From the NCBI GenBank assembly GCA_963676835.2, contig CAXXFF010000003.1, forward strand, positions 32,001-96,000: a stretch of 64,000 nucleotides of DNA. The letters are read 5' to 3'. The position numbers and the translations under genes were made by a program. Below, piece by piece: positions 48,604 through 56,924 of this stretch. Origin of the DNA: Marispirochaeta sp. (GTDB taxonomy: Bacteria; Spirochaetota; Spirochaetia; JC444; Marispirochaetaceae). The notes beneath the pieces are model-generated. The model was not told the DNA's origin. It made no database searches and saw nothing but the letters and a program-made list of their open reading frames with translations. Position 1 is the stretch's first letter; the number at the start of each line of letters is the position of its first letter.

Positions 48604-49128
48604 ATGAAGAAAACAGAAATGACCATCAGCGACGTGGAAAAGAAACTCGAAGAACTTACCATGAACCTCAAGAATGTCCGGGGAAGAACAACTGAAGTCT
48701 ACACACGGATAGTAGGTTATTACCGTTCAGTGAAAAACTGGAACCGGGGTAAACGGGAAGAATACGATTACAGAACTCCCTATAATGTTCCCGCAGATAT
48801 GCCCAAAGCAGAAATGAAGAGGTCCGCAGATGCGTTTAGTGCTGACACTGCAGCTTCACCGGAAACCTCCGGCATTGCCAGCTACCAGTATTTTTTCCGC
48901 ACAACCTGCCCTAACTGTCCGCCGGTAAAAAGTTACCTCAGCGAGCTGGGCTTCAGCGGCAATGAAATTAATGTTGATATGGAAGAAGGCTACAGCCTGG
49001 CCGGAAATCTTGCAGTCTGCGCTACTCCGACTGTTATCTTCAGGGATGTCAGGGGAGATGAAATATTCCGGGCTTCCAACCTTCAGGATTTAATCAAATC
49101 CTTTGAAAAAGAACAGGCTGCGGTTTAA
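48604..49128 (+). CDS. Stand-alone NrdD glycyl-radical domain fused to a glutaredoxin/thioredoxin-like domain
   Basis: EVYTRIVGYYRSVKNWNRGKREE (Gly38); C-terminal CPNC and TPT redoxin motifs. Confidence 0.88.
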   Translation: MKKTEMTISDVEKKLEELTMNLKNVRGRTTEVYTRIVGYYRSVKNWNRGKREEYDYRTPYNVPADMPKAEMKRSADAFSADTAASPETSGIASYQYFFRTTCPNCPPVKSYLSELGFSGNEINVDMEEGYSLAGNLAVCATPTVIFRDVRGDEIFRASNLQDLIKSFEKEQAAV

Positions 49129-49130
49129 GT

Positions 49131-49832
49131 CTGAACTGGGGCCTTATAAAAACATCTCTTTTAGATTATCCCGGCAAGGTAGCTGCAGTCCTGTTCACCC
49201 GGGGCTGCAATTACCGCTGCCCCTTCTGTCATAATCCGGAACTCGTAACAGGACCGGAACCATCAGATTTTCTCACCAGGCAAGAAGTTCTCTCATATCT
49301 GACAAAGCGTCGAAATGTCCTTGGCGGCGTCTCCATTACAGGAGGCGAACCGCTGATGCATGAGGAGACACTTTCAATGATCGAGAGCATCCATGCCCTG
49401 GGACTGCCGGTAAAGCTTGACACTAACGGCTCCTTTCCTGAAAGGCTTACTGAAAGCGGTGCCGATTATTTTGCCATGGATATTAAGACAGCCTTCTCAC
49501 GATATGCATCCGTGCTGAATGAAAATGCGGATATTGAAGCATCTGTAGATAAAGTAAAGCAGTCTATCAGACTTATCCTGAAATCCGGTACTCCTCACCA
49601 GTTTCGTACCACCATGGTTCCGGGAATTGTTGGTCCGGAAGATTTTAATGAGATTATTCCCTCGGTAAAAGGTGCATATTCCTATCTGCTTTCAGGGTTC
49701 AGACCGGGGAACACCCTGGATACAAATTTCAGTAATCTTGAACCATATGATGATGCGGTTCTAACCGGAACTGCTGCGATGCTTGAAGGAGCGGGTATAA
49801 AAGTAAAGATTGCATGGAATAAAACAGCTTAG
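49131..49832 (+). CDS. nrdG: Anaerobic RNR activating enzyme (radical SAM), probable CTG start
   Basis: The frame extends 75 codons upstream of the ORF-track ATG and contains KTSLLDYPGKVAAVLFTRGCNYRCPFCHNPEL and SITGGEPL; KLDTNGS and FRTT downstream. Confidence 0.88.
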   Translation: MNWGLIKTSLLDYPGKVAAVLFTRGCNYRCPFCHNPELVTGPEPSDFLTRQEVLSYLTKRRNVLGGVSITGGEPLMHEETLSMIESIHALGLPVKLDTNGSFPERLTESGADYFAMDIKTAFSRYASVLNENADIEASVDKVKQSIRLILKSGTPHQFRTTMVPGIVGPEDFNEIIPSVKGAYSYLLSGFRPGNTLDTNFSNLEPYDDAVLTGTAAMLEGAGIKVKIAWNKTA

Positions 49833-49833
49833 C

Positions 49834-50097
49834 CTATATACCCAGCTTATCTTTCTGTTGAGTATATCTGATCTTGCCGGGTTTCTCTCTACGCCACAGG
49901 GGAAGATCTGCACTCTGAATATAGTCTTCAAGTTTTCTTTTTTCTAGATAGCGTAAATCTACAGCAATATCACCGAAACGCCTTCTGTCCCCACACTGCT
50001 GACGAAGCAGAATGTTCTGAACCTGATGCGGACGTATCTCTTCTATGCGCACCAGATATTCACCGATCTTTTCACCATACTTAAGTGAAGAGTTCAA
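49834..50097 (-). CDS. Stand-alone MshEN-like protein
   Basis: KIGEYLV...ILLRQ and RFGDIAV tandem motifs; TTG start with AGGAGG RBS. Confidence 0.65.
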   Translation of the reverse strand: MNSSLKYGEKIGEYLVRIEEIRPHQVQNILLRQQCGDRRRFGDIAVDLRYLEKRKLEDYIQSADLPLWRREKPGKIRYTQQKDKLGI

Positions 50098-50197
50098 TCA
50101 GGTTCCCCCTCCTAAAAATCTGAGCTGTTCGTATAGCAGTAAAGACGATAGAGGCTTCCCGCTCGTGGGACTCTTAAAAGGTAATGCAGAAATACCT

Positions 50198-51343
50198 TTA
50201 CGTCAAATTTTCCCCGGGATTCGTAAACAGATGGTCAAACTGGGAGTGAAAACGACGGGGGACCATGATTTCCTGAACCGCAGACAGGGCGAAATCATCG
50301 GTCATGCCGGCAATATAATCAATCACAACACTCTTACCTGAGGCCTCTTCACTGCGATAAAGTTCCTGCATTTTGACAAGATATTCGCCAAAACGGGCAG
50401 CAAGAGTATTCCCTTCCCTTGAGTAGCCTGCATAATTATCCTTATGGGAGTCATAAAGATCGATGAGATACTCAAAAAGGGTAAACAGGATACGCCGGAA
50501 GTATCGGTGATACTCGCTGAGCAGTCGGTGCTTGTATATATTGCGGTAATTAAAATTTCTGAATTCCAGCAGAGCTTCATATACTTCGCGGGAAAATCCG
50601 ATACTTCCTGTTCGTAGAGAAGAGCGGATCATATCATTTACCAGGGTATCTATTATTTCACCATTGGATTCGCCGAGGACATCCCCTACGGCATGGGGCA
50701 AATCATCCCTGGATAACATTTTCAGATTAACAGCATCCTCAAAATCACGGCCGATGTAAGCGATTTTATCAGACATCCGCACAATACATCCTTCCCAGGT
50801 GGAGGGATACCGGTTTCTGTTTTCAATTGAGGAAAGATCCTTCAACTCGAAATCCGGGACAATTGCCTGTTCGAACTGCTCACCGCAATGATTTATTATC
50901 CCGTCACGGACGGCATAGGTCAGATTAAGACCTTTTCCTTTATTGGCAAGCTTATCTACAACCCTTAAGGAATATAGTTCATGGGCAAAAGGCTCACCTA
51001 AAAGTTCTTCAACAATTTTTTCTCCCACATGCCCGAAGGGAGTATGCCCGAGGTCATGGCCAAGACCTATAGCCCAGGCCAGATCTGCATCAAGATTAAG
51101 GGAGCGGCAGACCGTTGCTGAAACGCTTGCCACATGCAGGACATGTTCAATGCGGGTACAGATATGATCATTGTCAGGGGTAAAAAAGACCTGCGTTTTA
51201 TGCTTGAGACGCCTGAAAGGGTTTGAATGAATGATGGCGGTGGTATCACGAAAATAGGCACCCCGTATATCATTGTCCCTGGGTCGTATACGTCCGGTAA
51301 GTTCTTCTCTGGTGAGGGTACTGGAAAAAAATAGACTGCTCAT
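50198..51343 (-). CDS. dgt: dGTP triphosphohydrolase (HD family)
   Basis: FRRLKHKTQVF, TRIEH, GHDLGHTPFGHVGE, DYIAGMTDDFA. Confidence 0.9.
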   Translation of the reverse strand: MSSLFFSSTLTREELTGRIRPRDNDIRGAYFRDTTAIIHSNPFRRLKHKTQVFFTPDNDHICTRIEHVLHVASVSATVCRSLNLDADLAWAIGLGHDLGHTPFGHVGEKIVEELLGEPFAHELYSLRVVDKLANKGKGLNLTYAVRDGIINHCGEQFEQAIVPDFELKDLSSIENRNRYPSTWEGCIVRMSDKIAYIGRDFEDAVNLKMLSRDDLPHAVGDVLGESNGEIIDTLVNDMIRSSLRTGSIGFSREVYEALLEFRNFNYRNIYKHRLLSEYHRYFRRILFTLFEYLIDLYDSHKDNYAGYSREGNTLAARFGEYLVKMQELYRSEEASGKSVVIDYIAGMTDDFALSAVQEIMVPRRFHSQFDHLFTNPGENLT

Positions 51344-51464
51344 ACTTACTATAAGTCTGCCTTCCACGGATACCTGCTGTCAAGTTCAACTTGAAATTTA
51401 TATGAGAAAGTTGCATTCCAACTTTTGAATGCTTAAGATAACTGTATGCAGGAGCATCCGTAGT

Positions 51465-53564
51465 ATGGCCACAGAAAAGATTCTTATAGTTGAGGATGAA
51501 CGCATAATTGCCCTCGATTTACAGCGAAGGCTGGAAAACTACGGTTACCGCATAATCGGTATCGAATCCACCGGAAACGGTGCAATAGAGGCCGTAGAAA
51601 AGGAAGCCCCGGATATCATCCTTATGGACATAATGCTCAGTGGTGATATCGATGGCATAGCAACCGCAGAAATTGTAAAAGAACGTTACGAAATCCCGGT
51701 GATTTTTCTTACCGCCTATTCTGATGAAACCACCCTGGACAGGGCGAAACAGGTTGAACCCATAGGCTACATTCTTAAACCCTTTAAAGAGAAGGAACTT
51801 CATACCAGTATTGATATTGCTCTGTATAAATACCGGATTGACCGTAAACTCAAATGGCAGGAACGCTGGTATTCCGCCATGTTTGACTCCATCGGAGATG
51901 GTATAATAGCAACAGATACCAGCGGCAAGGTATGTTTCGTCAATCCGGAATGTGAGAATCTGCTGGGAAAAGATGAGTTTGAACTGGACCGCCTCGACCT
52001 TAACGACGCACTGGAGTTATATGACTCCCACTCGGGACGCATAAATTTTACTGATTTGGCCGACATTCCCCTGGAAGATCTGCCATTCCGGTTCCAGAAC
52101 TGCATTATGACCAACAATATTGGACGTAAAATACATGTAGAAGGGTCGTATTCTAAAATTACCAGTCCCACCGGAAAAAATGAAGGCAGTGTTACCGTAA
52201 TAAGAGACACCTCTGCTCTGAAAAATCTGAGTGAACAACTGAGCTTTCAATCAAGTCATGATATTCTTACAAGTCTTGCCAACCGTGATGCCTTCGGTCT
52301 TCATTTATACAACCTTATCCAGAATCTTTCCGAACAGCCGGGAACCCATGCCCTTCTCTATCTTGATCTTGATCAGTTCAAGGTTGTCAATGATACCCTT
52401 GGTCACAGAGCCGGGGATGAAATGCTGCTGCAGGCAACTTCCATAATCCAGAGCATGGTTAAAACAACCGATTTCTGTGCTCGCCTGGGAGGAGATGAAT
52501 TCGGAATAATCCTTATAAATGTTTCCCCCAATCAGGCGTATAACCTTGCCGAAAGACTCCTGCATCGTCTTAGAAACCATAAGATGGTCTGGGACGACAA
52601 GGTTTTTACCATCAATTCATCTATCGGGCTGGTCAGAATTGATGCCCAGTCTGAAGATGTACAGACAGTGCTGGCTGCAGCGGATGATGCATGTTTTACC
52701 GCCAAGGAAGAAGGGGGCGGTAAGATTAAAATGTATGATTCCAACTCCAATATTTTCAAAAAACGCCGCAGCGAAATGACCTTGATATCCGAACTTCATG
52801 CAGCCATGGAAGAAGACAGGCTTGAGCTTTACTACCAGCCCATTATCCCTCTTAATACGGATAAACACAAAACCATTAAAAACGAAATTCTTCTGCGGCT
52901 GACAAGCCATGATGGCGAACTTATTATGCCCGGAACCTTTATTCCGGCGGCGGAACGCTATAATGTAATGCCCGCCATAGACAAGGCGGTACTGAGAAAA
53001 GGCCTTCAATCAATCTACTCCATCCTTGAAGAAATACCCGATGAGGATGTTATGTTCTGCATAAACTTAAGCGCTGCAACACTTGCCAACGAGCATCATC
53101 TGCTGGAGGCTGCCGACCTTATTACCGGGTCGGGTATTGCCCCGCAATTTCTCTGTTTTGAGGTGACCGAAACAGCAACTATCAGCAATATGCAGCTTAC
53201 CAATGATTTCATCAGGGAAATGCGGGACAAGGGGTACTATTTTTCCCTGGATGATTTCGGATCGGGATTCAGTTCATTCAACTATCTTAAAACCCTTCCC
53301 GTGGATTATCTGAAAATAGACGGGACTTTTGTGAGGGATATGGATGTAAACCCCATAGACCGCTCCATGGTGGAGGCCATCAACAGTCTGGGGCATATTA
53401 TAGGAACTGCCACAATCGCAGAGTATGTCCGCTCAAAGGAGATACTGCTGCTGCTTCGTGATATCGGTGTAGATTACGCTCAGGGATATGAAATTGCCGC
53501 CCCTTCCCCCCTCAGTCAGTATTCCCCCGGCAGCCCCTATGTGATCGACCTCAAAACGCCTTGA
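51465..53564 (+). CDS. REC-PAS-GGDEF-EAL c-di-GMP signalling protein
   Basis: VEDE...LMDI...KPF receiver; PAS; RLGGDEF; EILLR, DDFGSG, LKID, AQG. Confidence 0.93.
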   Translation: MATEKILIVEDERIIALDLQRRLENYGYRIIGIESTGNGAIEAVEKEAPDIILMDIMLSGDIDGIATAEIVKERYEIPVIFLTAYSDETTLDRAKQVEPIGYILKPFKEKELHTSIDIALYKYRIDRKLKWQERWYSAMFDSIGDGIIATDTSGKVCFVNPECENLLGKDEFELDRLDLNDALELYDSHSGRINFTDLADIPLEDLPFRFQNCIMTNNIGRKIHVEGSYSKITSPTGKNEGSVTVIRDTSALKNLSEQLSFQSSHDILTSLANRDAFGLHLYNLIQNLSEQPGTHALLYLDLDQFKVVNDTLGHRAGDEMLLQATSIIQSMVKTTDFCARLGGDEFGIILINVSPNQAYNLAERLLHRLRNHKMVWDDKVFTINSSIGLVRIDAQSEDVQTVLAAADDACFTAKEEGGGKIKMYDSNSNIFKKRRSEMTLISELHAAMEEDRLELYYQPIIPLNTDKHKTIKNEILLRLTSHDGELIMPGTFIPAAERYNVMPAIDKAVLRKGLQSIYSILEEIPDEDVMFCINLSAATLANEHHLLEAADLITGSGIAPQFLCFEVTETATISNMQLTNDFIREMRDKGYYFSLDDFGSGFSSFNYLKTLPVDYLKIDGTFVRDMDVNPIDRSMVEAINSLGHIIGTATIAEYVRSKEILLLLRDIGVDYAQGYEIAAPSPLSQYSPGSPYVIDLKTP

Positions 53565-53598
53565 CCTGTTTGATTGAGACGGTTACTGTTCTGACACA

Positions 53599-54168
53599 AT
53601 GGAATACCGACCGTCACGGCCTGTAATACTCTCAGGTGTTAAACATTCAGGCAAATCAACAGTTGGACATATACTTGCGGAGAAGCTCAGTCTCCAGTTT
53701 CATGATTTAGATGACTGCGTTGTTGAGCTTTGCCGCGAAGACCGCGGCGGGGATGTAATTACCTGGGAACCCCGGGAGATCTACCGCCGACTGGGTAAAA
53801 CAGGATTTCAGAACCTTGAATTCCGCTGCCTCAAACATCTGTCTCAAATAAACCAGCATCCTTACGTGCTCGCCCTGGGTGGTGGAACGCCCGAATATGA
53901 TGACTCGAGAAATTTCCTAAAAACCATGGGGATTCTTGTTTACCTTCATGAGATTCCTGATGTTCTTTTTGAGAGGATTGCCGCGAGGGGTCTTCCTCCT
54001 TTTCTGGATACAGAGGATCCGAAAAAAACCTTTAATGAGCTTTTTACCCGCCGGGACAATCTGTACCGCCAAGAGGCTCATATAATTCTTGAACTGAACG
54101 GAGCATCCGCAGAAGATGCTGCGACTACTTTGATACATATGCTGCAGGAGTATGACTATGCCGGGTAA
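53599..54168 (+). CDS. aroK: Shikimate kinase
   Basis: GVKHSGKST, DLD, LGGGT; upstream of aroC. Confidence 0.85.
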   Translation: MEYRPSRPVILSGVKHSGKSTVGHILAEKLSLQFHDLDDCVVELCREDRGGDVITWEPREIYRRLGKTGFQNLEFRCLKHLSQINQHPYVLALGGGTPEYDDSRNFLKTMGILVYLHEIPDVLFERIAARGLPPFLDTEDPKKTFNELFTRRDNLYRQEAHIILELNGASAEDAATTLIHMLQEYDYAG

Positions 54169-55213
54169 CAGTTTTGGTAATTTGTTTCGTATAACAACTT
54201 TCGGAGAATCCCACGGCCCCGGTGTTGGTGTCATTATTGACGGAGTTACCCCGGGCCTTGAACTTTCTGAAGAAGATATTCAAATTGAAATGAACCGGCG
54301 AAAACCGGGACAGTCCGATATAACCACCCCAAGACAGGAGAGTGACCGGGTCCACATAATGTCCGGTCTCTTCGAAGGCAAAACCACCGGAACTCCCATG
54401 GGGGTGATTCTCTATAATCAGGATCAGAGACCCGGAGCATATGACGATATAAAAGATATGTTCCGTCCGGGCCACGCGGACATTACCTATCTGAAGAAGT
54501 ATGGTATCCGGGACCATCGTGGCAGCGGAAGGGCATCGGGCCGGGAAACCGCCGGACGGGTCGCCGGAGGAGCGGTGGCAAAAAAACTGCTTGCCCGCCG
54601 GGGTGTTACCATAACTGCATATACCCTGCGTGCCGGCGGATTCCAGTGCGAAACCTACGATCCCTCTGTTATAGAAAAAAACCCCATGCGGGCCTGCGAT
54701 CCCGTGGCAGCGGAGAAGATGGCCCGGAAAGTGCGGGAGCTCTCTGAAAAAGGAGACAGCACCGGTGGAATTATTGAATGCCGCATAAATGGTCTCCCCC
54801 CGGGGCTCGGCGAACCGGTATTTGATAAACTTGATGCAGAGCTGGCCAAGGCTATTCTCAGTCTTGGCGCGGTAAAAGGTATAGAGTTCGGCTCAGGCTT
54901 CGGCTGCGCTGATATGTCCGGCAGCGAACACAACGACTGGATGGATAAGAACGGTTTTCAGAGCAATAATGCCGGAGGAATCCTCGGTGGAATTTCAACT
55001 GGACAGGAGTTGATTTTCCGGGCGGCGGTAAAACCGACATCCAGTATTACTGCAAAACAAAGAACCCTGGATAAAGACGGTAACGAACGTGAGATTATTA
55101 CCGAAGGCAGGCATGATCCATGTATCTGTCCCCGCATTATACCGGTCATGGAAGCCATGGCGGCGATTGTTCTGGAAGATCATTTTAAACGACAGGAAGC
55201 AATGCACTTCTGA
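54158..55213 (+). CDS. aroC: Chorismate synthase
   Basis: TFGESHG, RPGHAD, GRASGRET, GGISTG, GRHDPC. Confidence 0.97.
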   Translation: MPGNSFGNLFRITTFGESHGPGVGVIIDGVTPGLELSEEDIQIEMNRRKPGQSDITTPRQESDRVHIMSGLFEGKTTGTPMGVILYNQDQRPGAYDDIKDMFRPGHADITYLKKYGIRDHRGSGRASGRETAGRVAGGAVAKKLLARRGVTITAYTLRAGGFQCETYDPSVIEKNPMRACDPVAAEKMARKVRELSEKGDSTGGIIECRINGLPPGLGEPVFDKLDAELAKAILSLGAVKGIEFGSGFGCADMSGSEHNDWMDKNGFQSNNAGGILGGISTGQELIFRAAVKPTSSITAKQRTLDKDGNEREIITEGRHDPCICPRIIPVMEAMAAIVLEDHFKRQEAMHF

Positions 55214-55266
55214 TTGTTGCCGCTTATTGTAGTCCATATTTATACACCCACAAAAAGGAGTTTTTC

Positions 55267-55776
55267 ATGCGTTATTCAATTCGGGTTAGAGGTAACCGAA
55301 GAATGATGGTTGCCTATGTTATGATTGCTGTTCTGCTTATTTTTACAGTTGTCCCCCTCATGTTTATTCCGGGAACCGCCGGAGCTCTGGTTGCTATGCT
55401 CTTTGCATTCTTAAGCTACCAGATGATCCGTATGCTGGTATTGCATTTAAAGAGCTATATCCTCACCCACGATGAAGGTATAACCCTGCGCTTTCCCAAC
55501 CGCAAAATTGAGCGTCTCACCTGGGAGGATGTTACCCACACAGGTGCGATCAAAACTCCCCATGGAAGCATCATGCGCTTTATTTATGCAGAAGAAAAAG
55601 ACCGTCTGGCAACAGTTCCGGACGAGTACTACAGCCTGGATGAACTTGATAAAGAGATGAAAGCCCACTCCGCCTGGTTCGAGCTGGAACAGAAAGAGGG
55701 AGAAAGCATTCAAAGTGTTATCCTACCATACACCAAGCATGCAGGTACGGAAATTGAGAGCGAAAAAGAGGATTAA
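55267..55776 (+). CDS. Membrane protein, two TM helices plus a soluble (possibly PH-like) domain
   Basis: AAGGAG RBS; hydrophobic N-terminal hairpin. Confidence 0.7.
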   Translation: MRYSIRVRGNRRMMVAYVMIAVLLIFTVVPLMFIPGTAGALVAMLFAFLSYQMIRMLVLHLKSYILTHDEGITLRFPNRKIERLTWEDVTHTGAIKTPHGSIMRFIYAEEKDRLATVPDEYYSLDELDKEMKAHSAWFELEQKEGESIQSVILPYTKHAGTEIESEKED

Positions 55777-55878
55777 CCTGTTTAGGTGTAACCATTCTGC
55801 GCGGCTGCATATTTTTCCTGATTATTTCTCACTTTTGCAGTATACTTTACCTGTTAGCTCTGAAATTGGAGGCTTTGT

Positions 55879-56871
55879 ATGAAAAGAATAATGCTAATTG
55901 CAGTTGCTGTCCTGCTGATATTCAGCTTCTCTGCAGCAGCTCAGACACCAGACCTTGATGATTTTATGAATACCTTTGAAACCTTCGCAGAAGATGCCGC
56001 ACCTTCAATACCGCTGCTTGCCGACATCGGCCTGCGCTGGTCCGACTCATATATTGGACACTTCCCCCATTTTGGTGTTGGAGTTTCTGCCGGGTTCGTA
56101 GTCGTTCCTGTGGATGATATTGAACAGCTCTACAATCAGCTTGGTATTACCGATATTCCCCAGGAAATTATAGATCTTGGCGGACTGCCCATAATGGCGG
56201 ATGCCGTAGAAGCCCGAATCGGCGGATTTATTCTTCCCTTCGATATCGGCATAAAAGCAGGATACATTCCTGATGCGGCAAAAGAAGCCATGAACGATGG
56301 TGTAGCAGTTGACTACAAAATGTTCGGCCTGAACATGCGGTACCGCATGGTAAAAGAAGGCCTCTTGATGCCGGAAGTATCCATCGGTGCCGGTTATACC
56401 CGCCTTGATGGAATGGTTTCAACAAGCGTAGGTACTACAGAAACTATTTCAGACCCTGACACAACAACACCACTTGACGATATCACTATCTACGCCCCTG
56501 AAGTTATGTTTGGTTGGAAAAGTAACGTTTTCGACGCCAACATACAGATCAGTAAAAACATCCTATTTATCCTTCGACCTTATGCAGGTATTGGCGCATC
56601 TTATGGCATATCAGAAGCAGGCGGTGGATATAATGCAGATATCGATTTTGGAACAGATACTGCTGCAGACTGGAAAACCAAGTACCCTGGATACTTTGAT
56701 GATCTCAGCAGCACCGGTATGACTACCTACTCTGAAGCCAACGGCTTTGCTTTCCGTGCCTATGCGGGAACCTCGGTAGAACTGCTTTTTGCAAAGCTTG
56801 ATCTTTCCGCCACCCTGAACCCGGTAACCCAGGCTATTGGAGCACAGCTCAACCTGAGAGCTCAGTTCTAA
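55879..56871 (+). CDS. Predicted outer-membrane beta-barrel protein
   Basis: Signal peptide, alternating amphipathic strands, C-terminal AQLNLRAQF ending in Phe. Confidence 0.72.
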   Translation: MKRIMLIAVAVLLIFSFSAAAQTPDLDDFMNTFETFAEDAAPSIPLLADIGLRWSDSYIGHFPHFGVGVSAGFVVVPVDDIEQLYNQLGITDIPQEIIDLGGLPIMADAVEARIGGFILPFDIGIKAGYIPDAAKEAMNDGVAVDYKMFGLNMRYRMVKEGLLMPEVSIGAGYTRLDGMVSTSVGTTETISDPDTTTPLDDITIYAPEVMFGWKSNVFDANIQISKNILFILRPYAGIGASYGISEAGGGYNADIDFGTDTAADWKTKYPGYFDDLSSTGMTTYSEANGFAFRAYAGTSVELLFAKLDLSATLNPVTQAIGAQLNLRAQF

Positions 56872-56896
56872 AACAATCAGTCCTTCTTAAATAGAG

Positions 56897-56924
56897 ACGC
56901 CCCGCTTTCGCGGGGCGTTTTTTT
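56897..56924 (+). terminator. Rho-independent terminator
   Basis: ACGCCCCGC-tttc-GCGGGGCGT followed by a T-run. Confidence 0.85.

Noticed and set aside
49356..49832. nrdG as a truncated 158-aa pseudogene
   Set aside because: The reading frame continues upstream without stops and contains the intact CxxxCxxC motif; only the start codon is atypical.
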